From: Balanoglossus misakiensis
Lineage: Eukaryota > Animalia > Hemichordata
NCBI GenBank assembly: GCA_040954595.2
Contig: CM082593.2
Coordinates: 8,034,043 to 8,098,042 of the forward strand
DNA: 64,000 nucleotides
Reading direction: 5' to 3'
A program made the position numbers and the translations under genes. Below the pieces are notes generated by a model. It was not told where the DNA came from. It did not search any database and saw only the letters and a list, made by a program, of their open reading frames with translations. How positions within the stretch are numbered: the first letter of the stretch is position 1; the number at the start of each line of letters is the position of its first letter. Shown in pieces: positions 41,101 through 51,622 of the stretch.

Positions 41101-44100
41101 GAAATTTTCTTGAAAGACTCCGCTGCACAAATAGTTGTAGTTGAATGCCAAAAGATCCTTGAAGTCAAAAATTCACTTCAAATCACTCGATCGTATCAGT
41201 CTTACAAATATACATGTCTGGCTGCGATCAATCTTTACACAGCTACCCTAAATGTACGCCCTCGACAATTGAAATATCAATATTTATTCAGGTTTTACTG
41301 TGTATCTGTTCAAACTTTTATTTTAAGTGTTTCCGTTTTCCTACAATATCCGAATGACAGTTAAACTCAAGTAACTGCACGGATCCAAACGTTTATGGAA
41401 CATCGATTACTGTGTCTTATATGGAATATCTTAAATGACGTTGCCTTGTCAACTCTTTTTGTACAAATATTTATTCAAATACCTCATGTCGTAAACCCGC
41501 ATGTAACGTCATATTCTTAAATTTCAGTCAGTGGTTTATTAGCTTATATTTGTGCCTATTTTTACTGATTTTCTTTTACTTTCTATTATGATAAGACGAG
41601 GATTAGGCGACTGATTGGACACAAAAACGACTCTGTCTATACGAGTTAAAACAATTCTGTATTTCCGCGTGCAGTGTCAAAGTTGCCAAGGTGACATCAT
41701 TAAGATTTTGGTTAAGGACATGGTATAGTGGAGTAAACAGCAAATAACAAAACACTGTGCAGACTGTTTTTTTTTTTTGGGGGGGGGGGGGGTTACGAGG
41801 CCTGCCATTGGACTATAATACTTGTCCGAGAAATGGCGATCAAAATATGCTGTCTCAAACGTCGCGACCACCTATTAACATTTAACCAACGCATGGTATA
41901 TTGTCTCTTGACGTAATAATACACGCAGGCTTCGAGGGCATTTGAATATTAGTACACGCATAGCAGAAGTGCCATTTACCTCCAATACCTACAGTTAAAG
42001 CCTCTAGAGCTGCCACTTTTTGCATTATTTTCATGATTTTATTTTCCATCTTAGATTGGTACATCTACATAAGCTTACTGATAGACATACATGAACACCT
42101 TATCGATGCCTGTCGCACCGATTTAATCAGCCTCCATACGAACAGTACGTAGCTATCGTGGTATGCGTCGCCAAGAGATGACAAACTGATGCAATTGCAA
42201 GTAATATGGCTGAATGGTGAGGATTTTAGAGGATAGGGAATATATTTGAAGTATTTTATTATGGAAAAAAATATGTGAAATTTGGCAGCTAAAGGGGCTT
42301 TAACCCTAGGAAGTGAATCAACAAGAACATGAATCTGTTTCTTGCTTTGCGTTAGATAGTGAAGCCTGGTTACTAGGAACTTGAATTAGCCTCACCCACG
42401 TACTATAAACCAGAGGAGGCGCCTCATTCATATTTTAAATTAGACTGCTCTGCCGCCGATAAGTGGCAATAAAAACACTTTAAACTTAACCGAGCACTTG
42501 AATTTGACGTCAAGATTTTGACATCAACAGGATCCTTGTTGAATTGAGTTTGAATGGTTTGAATTAGTGTAGTGAGGAAACAGTGTCCTTCTTGATAATA
42601 TGCAATTTGCAAAAGCGTATACGTTACCTTGTTCACGATTATTGGAGCGACAGCTGGTTACCTGTCGCTATGGAAATAATTATCACGCGCGTACCCTTCT
42701 CGTAACAAGAGTCCTTTGGTATAACGAGTACTGCTGGGTGAGTGATGTGGGGCCGTACTTTAAACTACCATCGAATGCACACAGTCTGTTCAACGTTTGT
42801 AGTTAACATGCGAGAAATAACGTGTGATATATACTGCATGTGTGACTCGTGTACACCTTTTCGATGGTAATTCAGTATATTACCATATCCACGCATCAAT
42901 ACCTATGAGAACGCATCGGTTATATGTACTATATACGGGTTAAGGGATTCTGGTGGTTTAATTTGACGATATACATGACTCAAATGTGCCATATTATCAC
43001 GCATATGCAAATACATGTATCAGACTACCTGAAGCGAATCAGAATTGTAATTACACGGAACTGTTGGACCAAAAAATAATATGCTACTCCGTTAATGAAG
43101 CATGTAAATGTGGACGGCGAACCTTATGGCTACAAAAACAGTCCTGACAGTATGCGAAATAAACAAATACCAACTTATGCATCTTAATTTCACAGACTAG
43201 TCATACAAAGTATCGCATATGAGAGTCACACAGGGACTATTAAGACGTTTCTGAACGTCTCGGATGAAATACTGACGTAAATAATTGTGTGAACGGTTCG
43301 AGTGGTCCTGAAACGTCTCAGATTTGAGACGGCGTTTTCGGCCAGACCTGAGCCAGTGTAAGGATTAACACCTCTCTGCAACCCATTGTCTATGGGGCCG
43401 AGCCTCAACGCTTATACCCTAACCCTAACTGTGTGTGTGTGGACTCAACGCGACTCAAAGGATTGATGCTCTGTGTTTACCATATGCAAATAGAGTCTCA
43501 AATTTTACCCTGTGTTAACCTGGTAACATACGACCCCTGCAATCCATAATGGTTGACAATTCGACATGAGAAACTTACAATATGAGAAGTTTAATCCGCC
43601 TATTTCTTCATCTCTATCACGAATGCGAAATATTCAGATACGCAAGAGTCCGAATTAAACTTTTATTCTACGTACACATGCACATTAACCGTTTTTATTA
43701 AATATGTGTTAACATTTTTGTTTTACTTACAGTTAAACACTACATTAAAACCAAAATGTTCGACCACTGACTGGCTATTAACCATGACCGACTTAAAACA
43801 CGTTTATTGGTGTTGTCAAGCAAATTTACGGACAATTTTGTCCGCTAACCACCGAGATTCCGAGTTAGGCTATAATACCGGGCGGACCGTTGTTCCGCTT
43901 GACACCTTCACGTATCGCAAATGACATAAATGACTTTACCAACTTTTCACGGTCATTTGGCAATAACAACTCGATAAGTCAATAATAAAATTCCATTTTG
44001 GAACAAAATGGTGTGTACAACTCAGCTAAAATTAAGACACGATCACAAATCTGATGGCCAACGGTACAGCAAGTTATCGAATCGCCTATAAGACAATTTC

Positions 44101-45929
44101 ACATCGTCTCTCAGAAAGTAGATTCAAACCGGATCGATCATAGCACAGCAAGTGAAAACGCGACCAGGTCGACGTCAAGAAAGTCGCCTGTTCTATCAGT
44201 TTATTGAAGAGCCAGATTTGTGCAGCAGATCTGTCGTAAAGTGAAACGATTTGTGGACAAACTGCACTGTGAACACGGACAGAAGATAGGTTTTAAAGAA
44301 TCGCTATGTGTTATTTTGACAAATGATACAACCATACTGTTCGAGACACGAGTAAACGAACCACGTATCGGTCAACGAGTGCCGTCCATATACACACTAC
44401 ACTGCGTGTGGTTTCCTGCCCACAGACATTCGCAGAAAACACGCCAGAAAATAAGAAGATTTACAAGTGATATTTAAAGACGACTCAAAATAGCAATGCC
44501 TATTAGTTCAACTGACATCATTGGAATGAACGCGATCGGCAACACGCGCCAAGTAAGGGCTCGTATTACAAAAATCCAGCTATTTCTGCAACCGATGAAA
44601 TTCCAACGATTGCATCGGTTTTACATAAGTTTCCTAAACATCAAATTAAACGAATCCACGAATGTTATAATCCGTTCGACTATAAACACTTGTCGAGCAA
44701 ACTCTCGTAAATCATTACCTATTCTTGCTGTATTCTTATTCTCGCTCTTCGTTTATGTTGCTTTTTCTCCTTAAACTAGCTCCCATGCTGGGTGTTGATA
44801 ATAAGAAATGAACGAACTGCTTATATGACAATGTTGGTACTGCGTTCACCAAAACAACATTAGTGGAGAAAATTGATGTTCGATAAAGTGTACCCGACAC
44901 CCACCGAAATGTAATCACTTCTTGCCATTTTATAGAACTACACTCAGTGAACGCGTATGGTTACCACATTCGTGTCTGTTCCATTAAGACAGGATTCTCT
45001 GAAGTGATGCTGGTAGACACGAGAGTGAACAAACCCGCCAAAGTGAATAATCGGTCTCTACCATTTATTCATTTTGGACGAGTTTTTACTCTCATATCAT
45101 ACAAGTGGGATGGAATTTGTGTGTGGTTGAACGTCCATACACTATATATCCACATGTAGAACAACATAAACGGCGTGTTGTATCAAACATAATTAATGGC
45201 AGCGAGAGAAAGAATTTCGGTACAGCTTCTATAAATAACATTCGTCATACTAAAGAAGTCATCAAGCTAATAACCGCCGAAGGCTAAATATTTATTGGAT
45301 TAAGTGTCTTGTTTTCATGTAGATTATGGAGTTGAATATCAATACTAGAAGTATACTTTTATAAGCCAAATCATATTATATGAACCCCACCCCATCACGC
45401 TGACTTGTGTAAAATGGCGTCACGACCAACTCTGTAAAATGTTTCTCCCCTTTCCGGATAAATTTGATACCAAAACCTTGCTATTCCTGCCGCTTGCTTC
45501 ATTGTAAGTTGTAACAGAAGGTCTCCTTAAGATCTCGACAATACTCTATGCATGCTTTGTGCAAAGTTATGATATATTTCAAAGATGTTGGAATTGCAGT
45601 ATCAAGTTTCACATATATCAAACGTTGGGCACTGCCAGCAGAGGAGTGTGCACGTGTTCTGCGCATCGCCAAAGTAACCGATCAGAAAAAAAGCCACTGG
45701 CACATGTCACACCCATCCACGGCACCGGTGACACCTCGCGCTCGCTCTGCCGTGTGGGATCGCGGGGGTTATAATCCCCGCCAACAGAACATTGAGCCTC
45801 GTGCATTACGCACATATCGCATTGAGTGTGGACTGCTTTACTTGGATTTATTTATAAACTAACCGGTTAGTTAATTTTACAGTATAGTCCAAATCATAAA
45901 CTTGAAAAAAAAACTAGCAAAATCAAACG

Positions 45930-45989
<60 letters not shown>

Positions 45990-48442
45990 TCGGTTTCCAC
46001 TCATAGTGCTTACTGAGACAATAGTGGTAAAACCGCTGCGTCAATTGCACGCGTGCGCAATGTGACATACCAGAGGAAATTATTATTATATTACACTAAC
46101 GATACAACGATAGTCCTATTATTCACGTTATGCCTACAAACCTAGAAAAACCACTAAACGTCCGACACACAATTCAGTCGGTTTCAAGAGACACGCTAAC
46201 ACGCATATCGAAAATGAAAACGCGCGACTTTTCCCCTTCAATTTGACGACAATGTTCGTCCAAGGTGAATTACTAATTATTGTCCACTATAGAGCTAGCC
46301 ACAACATCGCAACACCACGAAGGATCACTGTTCAGACTGCCAGTCAGGCAGCATTCCTAAATTCGCCGGTCATGCACCAACCATGCCACAAATGGCAACA
46401 TTAAACCGACCGCCTGCCTCCAACTGTTCCTCTTCGCATTGCGCCCGCCGGCGATGCATTTGTAGACCGTTTCGGATTTTTTGAAAGACATACTTGCGGG
46501 GTAGACGATCGTTCATTATTCGTCGCGTTAAACAGCTTGTATATCAAGTGAACATAAAAATTCATTTTTCAATATGGCATAATTTAAATTGATCTTAAAA
46601 ATAAAAAAAATATGCTCATAAACCTATAAGGCCATCTGTGCAACCGCGGGAGTTACTAAATATGTCGATTAGCTTTATGTTAAACTCTCGGTTGGATGTC
46701 TATGTCGCTGTCACTTCGGATATGTGTTTCGCTTGTATGTAGTTTTGTGAGATTAGCTTGTCTTCAAGGTATGCTGTAAACCCGGTGAGCATACGGTGTC
46801 AATTAGGATTAAGATTACGGCTGAATACTTCTGTCATTAAACTACCCAGTGACTATTTTGTTAAACTTCCCGGTGGCTATCCGGCGCCCTCCTAGAATTT
46901 CACTCAGAACGTCGTACAAAAATGCCATGTACACGTATAGGGTTTTGTGTCATTTATCTTTCGGCTGACAATAGCGTGCGTATATCAAATGAGCACTGCG
47001 TTCGTGTTACGTTACGTACGTGTACGATGGACTAAGTACTGGTGTGTATCGATCGACATGTTTAAAGACGTTTAATTGTTGTTTTTATACATGGCTGATA
47101 ACGCGAGGTATACTTCACGACAATGTCTGTTTAAAGGAAACTTATCATTGTGACATTTATCATTAGATTCGGTCTTGAATGGAATCATATAAATTCGCAA
47201 TTAAATGACTATCTGACAAGATGAGTTTCATTCTGACAAGAACAATACCTGTATGCAAATTTTTGAACTCATGTGATATTATCAACGTAATTGTAGACGT
47301 TAATGGTTGCGGGCTTCAGTAGTATAGTGAACGTGAAAATAATTTAATTATCATAATGCAAGTTGTTGATTCTGTACCCTTTTGAAAATAAATCTGCCTT
47401 TAACACAAAACCGTTGACTTCATAGACTGACTGACCATTGTCAGTGATTAGTCGGAGATGGCAGTTTAAGTCTCCAAGGCACAGAAAATGATTTTCGACG
47501 ACCACAAAACCTCATAATAGCGTTTGTTTAAATATCAACCGGTTATATTAAACCATTGATGGCTAGCAAGCTTTTCTTACGCCGCATACCATATAGTCAT
47601 AATTTGTATATCATGGCAACACTTCTTTTATAATTTCAGAAATGCCTCGCTAGTACCCATAGTATCAGAATGATGAATGTCGTCCAAGTTAATCTAAAAT
47701 TACACCAACCTAGTATAAGCTTAATTACAGATACATCAACATGGACTCGAATGAGTTATCACATGATCAATTGTAAAAACAAGGTTTGACGTAGAAGATC
47801 GGTAACAAGATCATTATAAAAATAGATTCAAACACGCACACCCGGTCAAAATACATGAGTAACTCTTCCTCTATGCCTCTAATATTTGCAAATGTACAGT
47901 GTTGGCGACCATGTCTTATATATGTGTACAAAATCACAATTCTTTGGGTGAGTTGTAGGGAAAGATAAATGATTTTAGCCTAACACAGTTGCTTAGCTTA
48001 ATAGTGAGCATCATTGCCGGAGATTGTACTCTAGCTTCATGGCGACGCAAGCCACATAATCCAGAAATAAAAAAAATATGTTTTTTTCCAAGTAAGAAAA
48101 GATTGACGTACCTTGTAAAGTTGGGCAGAACGTACAGAGAAAACGGCCCAACGGCCAGCTATCTTCCAGGTGCCCGACCAGATATGTCCACTCCACGAAC
48201 AAGGCAACGAACAGGTCTGACACAGCCAGGTTGACGATGTAGTAGTTGGTTGAGTTCCACATCTTTTTGTTTCTAGCAACGATGAGTACTATGATGACGT
48301 TGCCTATCAATGTGATTACACTTGACAGTACTATGAGGAGAATTTTAGTGATGACTAGAGCAGCAGGGCCGTTGTTCGAGCCAGGATACGGGTAGTAACT
48401 TCCATTGTGAGAGATGGTTACTGGTGATAAAGTCGACGACAT
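13970..48442 (-). CDS. Rhodopsin-class (class A) GPCR, neuropeptide-receptor-like (NPFF/QRFP/SIFamide-receptor-related orphan), ~433 aa
   Basis: Exons 48442-48112, 23069-22657, 18766-18665, 15193-14957, 14188-13970. Motifs: GN (TM1), NLAVSDL (TM2), WPLG..C (ECL1/C3.25), DRF exactly 25 residues after C3.25 across the exon 1/2 junction, W4.50, ECL2 Cys (CWEDW), YLLP (TM5), CWLP (TM6), NSAVNPVIY (TM7), helix 8 FRKGF. Confidence 0.93.
14957..15193 (-). CDS. GPCR exon 4 (TM7, helix 8)
   Basis: ttttcag acceptor; [39 protein letters not shown]...KET; weak gtactg donor, or read-through to TGA at 14948. Confidence 0.9.
18665..18766 (-). CDS. GPCR exon 3 (TM6); not in the ORF track
   Basis: [34 protein letters not shown], phase 0-0, gtaagt donor, ttcttcgag acceptor. 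Confidence 0.9.
22657..23069 (-). CDS. GPCR exon 2 (TM3-TM5, ICL3)
   Basis: ttttggttatag acceptor; [20 protein letters not shown]...DRSKRK|gtaagc. Confidence 0.93.
23629..23706. repeat. (CACTA)n pentanucleotide microsatellite
   Basis: About 15 perfect units. Confidence 0.95.
29202..29263. mobile_element. 62-bp hairpin mini-transposon (degenerate TAG...CTA, 9-bp TSD-like)
   Basis: agtatctagccgt...acggctagatact inverted arms; flanks atgtagacc / atgtaggct. Confidence 0.55.
30103..30147. repeat. (GTT/ATT)n microsatellite
   Basis: Direct reading. Confidence 0.9.
31364..33311. mobile_element. Family 1 MITE interrupted by a HINE-like insertion (31538-33160)
   Basis: TTAA at both ends with inverted termini ttaaagg.acaa / ttgtccctttaa; the halves rejoin at a T-run to match the copy at 2586. 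Confidence 0.8.
31538..33160. mobile_element. Helentron-associated (HINE/DINE-1-like) element with an internal ~450-bp direct duplication
   Basis: Terminal palindrome ggtcccat...atgggacc, subterminal atgggacc at ~33135, (GTCT/GTAT)-type microsatellite, insertion in a T-run; 31562-32007 closely matches 32602-33050; 32190-32310 closely matches 32403-32523. Confidence 0.7.
33878..34020. repeat. Dispersed repeat (second copy at ~43392-43527)
   Basis: tatggggccgagcctc...tgtgtgtgtggac.caacgcgactcaaaggatt...ttttaccctgtgt.aacctggtaa present twice. Confidence 0.7.
35062..35128. repeat. Near-perfect palindrome (MITE centre)
   Basis: tctctgaccataatattgatgatgccc...cgggcatcatcaattttatggtcagaga. Confidence 0.7.
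36215..36368 (-). mobile_element. Degenerate tRNA-derived SINE
   Basis: Minus strand: catggtggccatattggtg (A-box-like), gggttcgagatc (B-box-like), ttccttgagcaagacgctttac. Confidence 0.5.
37345..37517. mobile_element. MITE family 3 partial copy
   Basis: aagcagccaacagtagcgtagactgggcatgacagc...gacgaccctttccc shared with the copies at 51475 and 60533. Confidence 0.7.
39693..40026. mobile_element. MITE family 2 (TTAA TSD, TIR agcctctagagctgcca-like), copy 1
   Basis: ttaaagcctctaaagctgcca ... tggcagctctagggggctttaa; closely similar to 41995-42303. Confidence 0.8.
40717..40775. mobile_element. 59-bp hairpin mini-transposon (TAG...CTA, 9-bp TSD)
   Basis: tagtctgggttaccc...gggtaaccgagacta flanked by cgtgttttg / cgtgtcttg. 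Confidence 0.65.
41995..42303. mobile_element. MITE family 2, copy 2
   Basis: ttaaagcctctagagctgcca ... tggcagctaaaggggctttaa. Confidence 0.8.
45012..45210. mobile_element. Family 1 MITE partial copy
   Basis: gtagacacgagagtgaa...tcggtctctaccattt...gtatcaaacataattaatgg. Confidence 0.7.
45929..45988. repeat. (GTT)n microsatellite
   Basis: About 20 units. Confidence 0.95.
48112..48442 (-). CDS. GPCR exon 1 (N-terminus, TM1-TM2, start of TM3)
   Basis: [17 protein letters not shown]...[11 protein letters not shown]|gtacgt; N-glycosylation sequon NGS. Confidence 0.93.
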
Positions 48443-48639
48443 GGTTGTATGATGAGGATGTGACCGAAAACGTCAGACTGTAGCTATCGACTATCAGAGA
48501 CGCACTGACTGCAACTGATGGGTGATGCGCATGTTTCCCTGCTCTCTGTGAAAGCCGGTTGTCACTTGTGCGAGTGAGTGGTGAGCAACTGGCGTTCTCA
48601 CTGCGCTGTGCTTCGACGTCTGTGTGGCGCCTTTCGCTC

Positions 48640-48800
48640 AGCCTCGCGCACACACTGTGTACCGCGTCTCGTCAATATGGCAGTATATAAGGCGTTGCAG
48701 TGGTTAATGTACGCACTGGTCGACCGGTTGCCTGGAGGCGCTAACAAGTGAACATCGTGTTTACCGCTGTGGACGCCATGAGCTAGGACTCCCTCAATCT
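48640..48800 (-). promoter_or_regulatory. Putative GPCR core promoter
   Basis: TATATA (minus strand, 48689-48684) about 33 nt upstream of an Inr-like CAGT (~48656), within a locally CpG/GC-rich stretch upstream of the ATG. Confidence 0.35.
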
Positions 48801-51474
48801 AGAGCAGCTTATAGCAGTTATCTGGCGGAACCCGGCGATGAAGATATAAAACGACTAGCATTTTGAAACTACTAAATTGACAAGACGGACAAACACGTTC
48901 TTTTTCTTTGGTAACACAAAATCGTAGGCCTGCATTAAGGCATTGATAGAATTAACAGTCGAGTGCCAGTGTAATGTTTTGGAGAACGGTCACTATTTTT
49001 CGTGCAGGTTTGTATTGGAGGGCCTCTAAATGTTATGCAAGTATGTGGGAGGGCTAGTACATGTATATCTCGTGATAGGGTGTTATGATAAAACATGACC
49101 AAATGGTTTTACCCATACACATTTTCCAAATCATCTGAGTGTTAAGGAAAACAAAATGATAGGGCTTTGACATTCAGCTACACATAATAACAAATCAGCG
49201 TAGTTGAGAAGTGCGTTATAGACGCGAACAATGTTTCGACTGAATGTAAAAAGGTCAGGACAGTGCTATTGGTCAATCATATGTGCCGAAGTTGAAAGAA
49301 AATACATCACAATACTGGAAATTAGTATTAAAAACACGTTGATTGTCATGATTGTTATATCGATCAATCGATTATCATTCACTATATTGTGCTCTCTGTT
49401 TTTAATTTTTGTCCGAATTCAACTTCTATTTTAACTGGGATGAGAAAACCCCGATCAACGATATTATACAGCCAATACATGCTGGTGTACAATTGAACGA
49501 AAAATATCTTGGTAAAGAAATGTTCCTTCAGCATTAATAATTTCATAAAAATGAAGAGTAGGAATTCTTAAGGTTAGGAAATTTTCCGTCGAGATTACTC
49601 GTGTTCTTTATGGATCCAAATGTGACTTTACAATGTAGACATAGAGTTTAAAGAGATAATTGTTGTGACCTGCCTGGCTTATAAACACTTAAAACGCAAA
49701 ACAGATCGACTAATCACATCTCTTTATTATTACTAAATTTACAGAATCGTGTAATTCAGGAGGGATATCTCTTATTGCCAAAACTGATCTATTTATGTCA
49801 CATTCAACTTAAAGGAATTATGTTACTTGCTATTACAAATTCTCATTGTAATATTTCAAATTTTATCCTTCAATGGAAGCTAAGAATACAGCTATATGCA
49901 TACCACCAAGTAACAAAATTCCGAGACCAATTCTGCCAAACGCTTCAGCACGTAAGGTACCCCCCCCCCCCGCCCCTCCCCCCAAAAAATCTCCAGCTTG
50001 AGAGTTCACACCATGGTTGAACAAAAATTATAACGTCCAAACCTTCAACTATTGCTATTTCGTAGAGACTGTGAATTCTGACGCCGATATACAGCGAGAT
50101 CCACGTTTTCGGCGAGAATTTTGTATACATTGACGAGAACACTGGGTTTAAATGCAATAAAATCCTGTCTGGGATAAAATCATTGTCTGTGCCGTAGAGA
50201 TGTGAAGCAGATGTCGATGAAATATTACGGGTGCATTAAAACGTCATTTGTATTTTGCTCACATGTCGAATAATCTAACGTATAGATACGGTCGTTATTG
50301 GTTTCACAAGCAACATATGCAGTAGATGAACCGATACTTAGCTATAGTCATATACTATGGCCACATTTTAAATCGTTATGACCACTGTCGACATCATGAA
50401 TCTTGCAGCCTATAACCAGACACATTGCTAACTTGGCATAGTCAATCAAATCGCAGAACACAATATCCACTGTACACAAGAAAATGATTTGAGTGTAAAT
50501 CTAAGCTGCGATAGAAATGTGAAAATTCAGACTTCTATTTGTGCATCTGTCATAATCTTATCGCATTCTTGCTTTTATTGAGAATATCTCATTTCGAAAA
50601 GAGACGCGGATTTGATTCTATCTAAAGGTAAGCGTTGTAAATCACGGGTCCAATTTAAAATAGGTCGGGTTGCGCGGGATTTTGCAAAACGTTCTTGAAG
50701 GCTTCAGAAGAGATATTAAGCCTTATCTGGCATATTAAGCTCCGAATTTTTAATTTTTAATAGCGTTAACAGTATCATTTATACCTCTCAATCATTGAAA
50801 TACTTGCATCAGGCGATATCATTCTGAATATGCGAATATTTGGTTGTCATGAAATTCGAAATTAACTCTTTTAAATGTATTAAAAAAAATTATATGGAAA
50901 ATAATGGGGTCTCCTGTGGCAAATTTGACATACATTCTCTAAAAATCAATAAATGCGCGTGAATAACCTGGAGACTGGTACAATAAAACGTGGTAACAAA
51001 TAAAAAATGAAATGTAGCTCCTGATACAAGAAAACAATGCACTTTTACTCAAATTATGGAATCGGCCAATTTGGAAATATATTGCGTCAGAAATAATTGA
51101 GTATTTTTCTGAATCGTAATGTTTTGCAATTGCATAATGCATGTATAATCATACTCATCTTCAACTGCGTGCGTTTTATATTGCATCAAGTGCAGATTTT
51201 ATCTTCGACGATCGGTTTTGGTTTAGTGTCATTATATAGGCCTATGTGCCTTTCTGCATCATTAGTTTATAGTCACAGTTATTTTGGTTATATTTCTACA
51301 TAATTAATACAGATTAGACAGTCCTCAAGGTAAATTGCATGTCATATATACTGTATGCGTTTATAGTTTATTGCTCCATACTAAGTCTATTTTCGCTGCA
51401 TAATATATTAGTCATATATCGCCTACAACATGGTAACGCGATAAATTATTTTTCATACAAATTGGCAGTTTCAC

Positions 51475-51622
51475 CCACAAATCCCTAAAATTAGATAAGT
51501 TTTAGAAGGAACGAAGCAGCCAACCGTAGCGTAGACTGGGCATGGCAGCAACTGAAGATCCTAGTAGGTCGTGGCGACTGCAGTAGGGTTTGCGCTGGTA
51601 TGGGACGACCCCTTCCCTTTAA
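51475..51622. mobile_element. MITE family 3 internally deleted copy
   Basis: ccacaaatccctaaaattaga...gcgtagactgggcatggcagc...gacgaccccttccctttaa. Confidence 0.7.
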
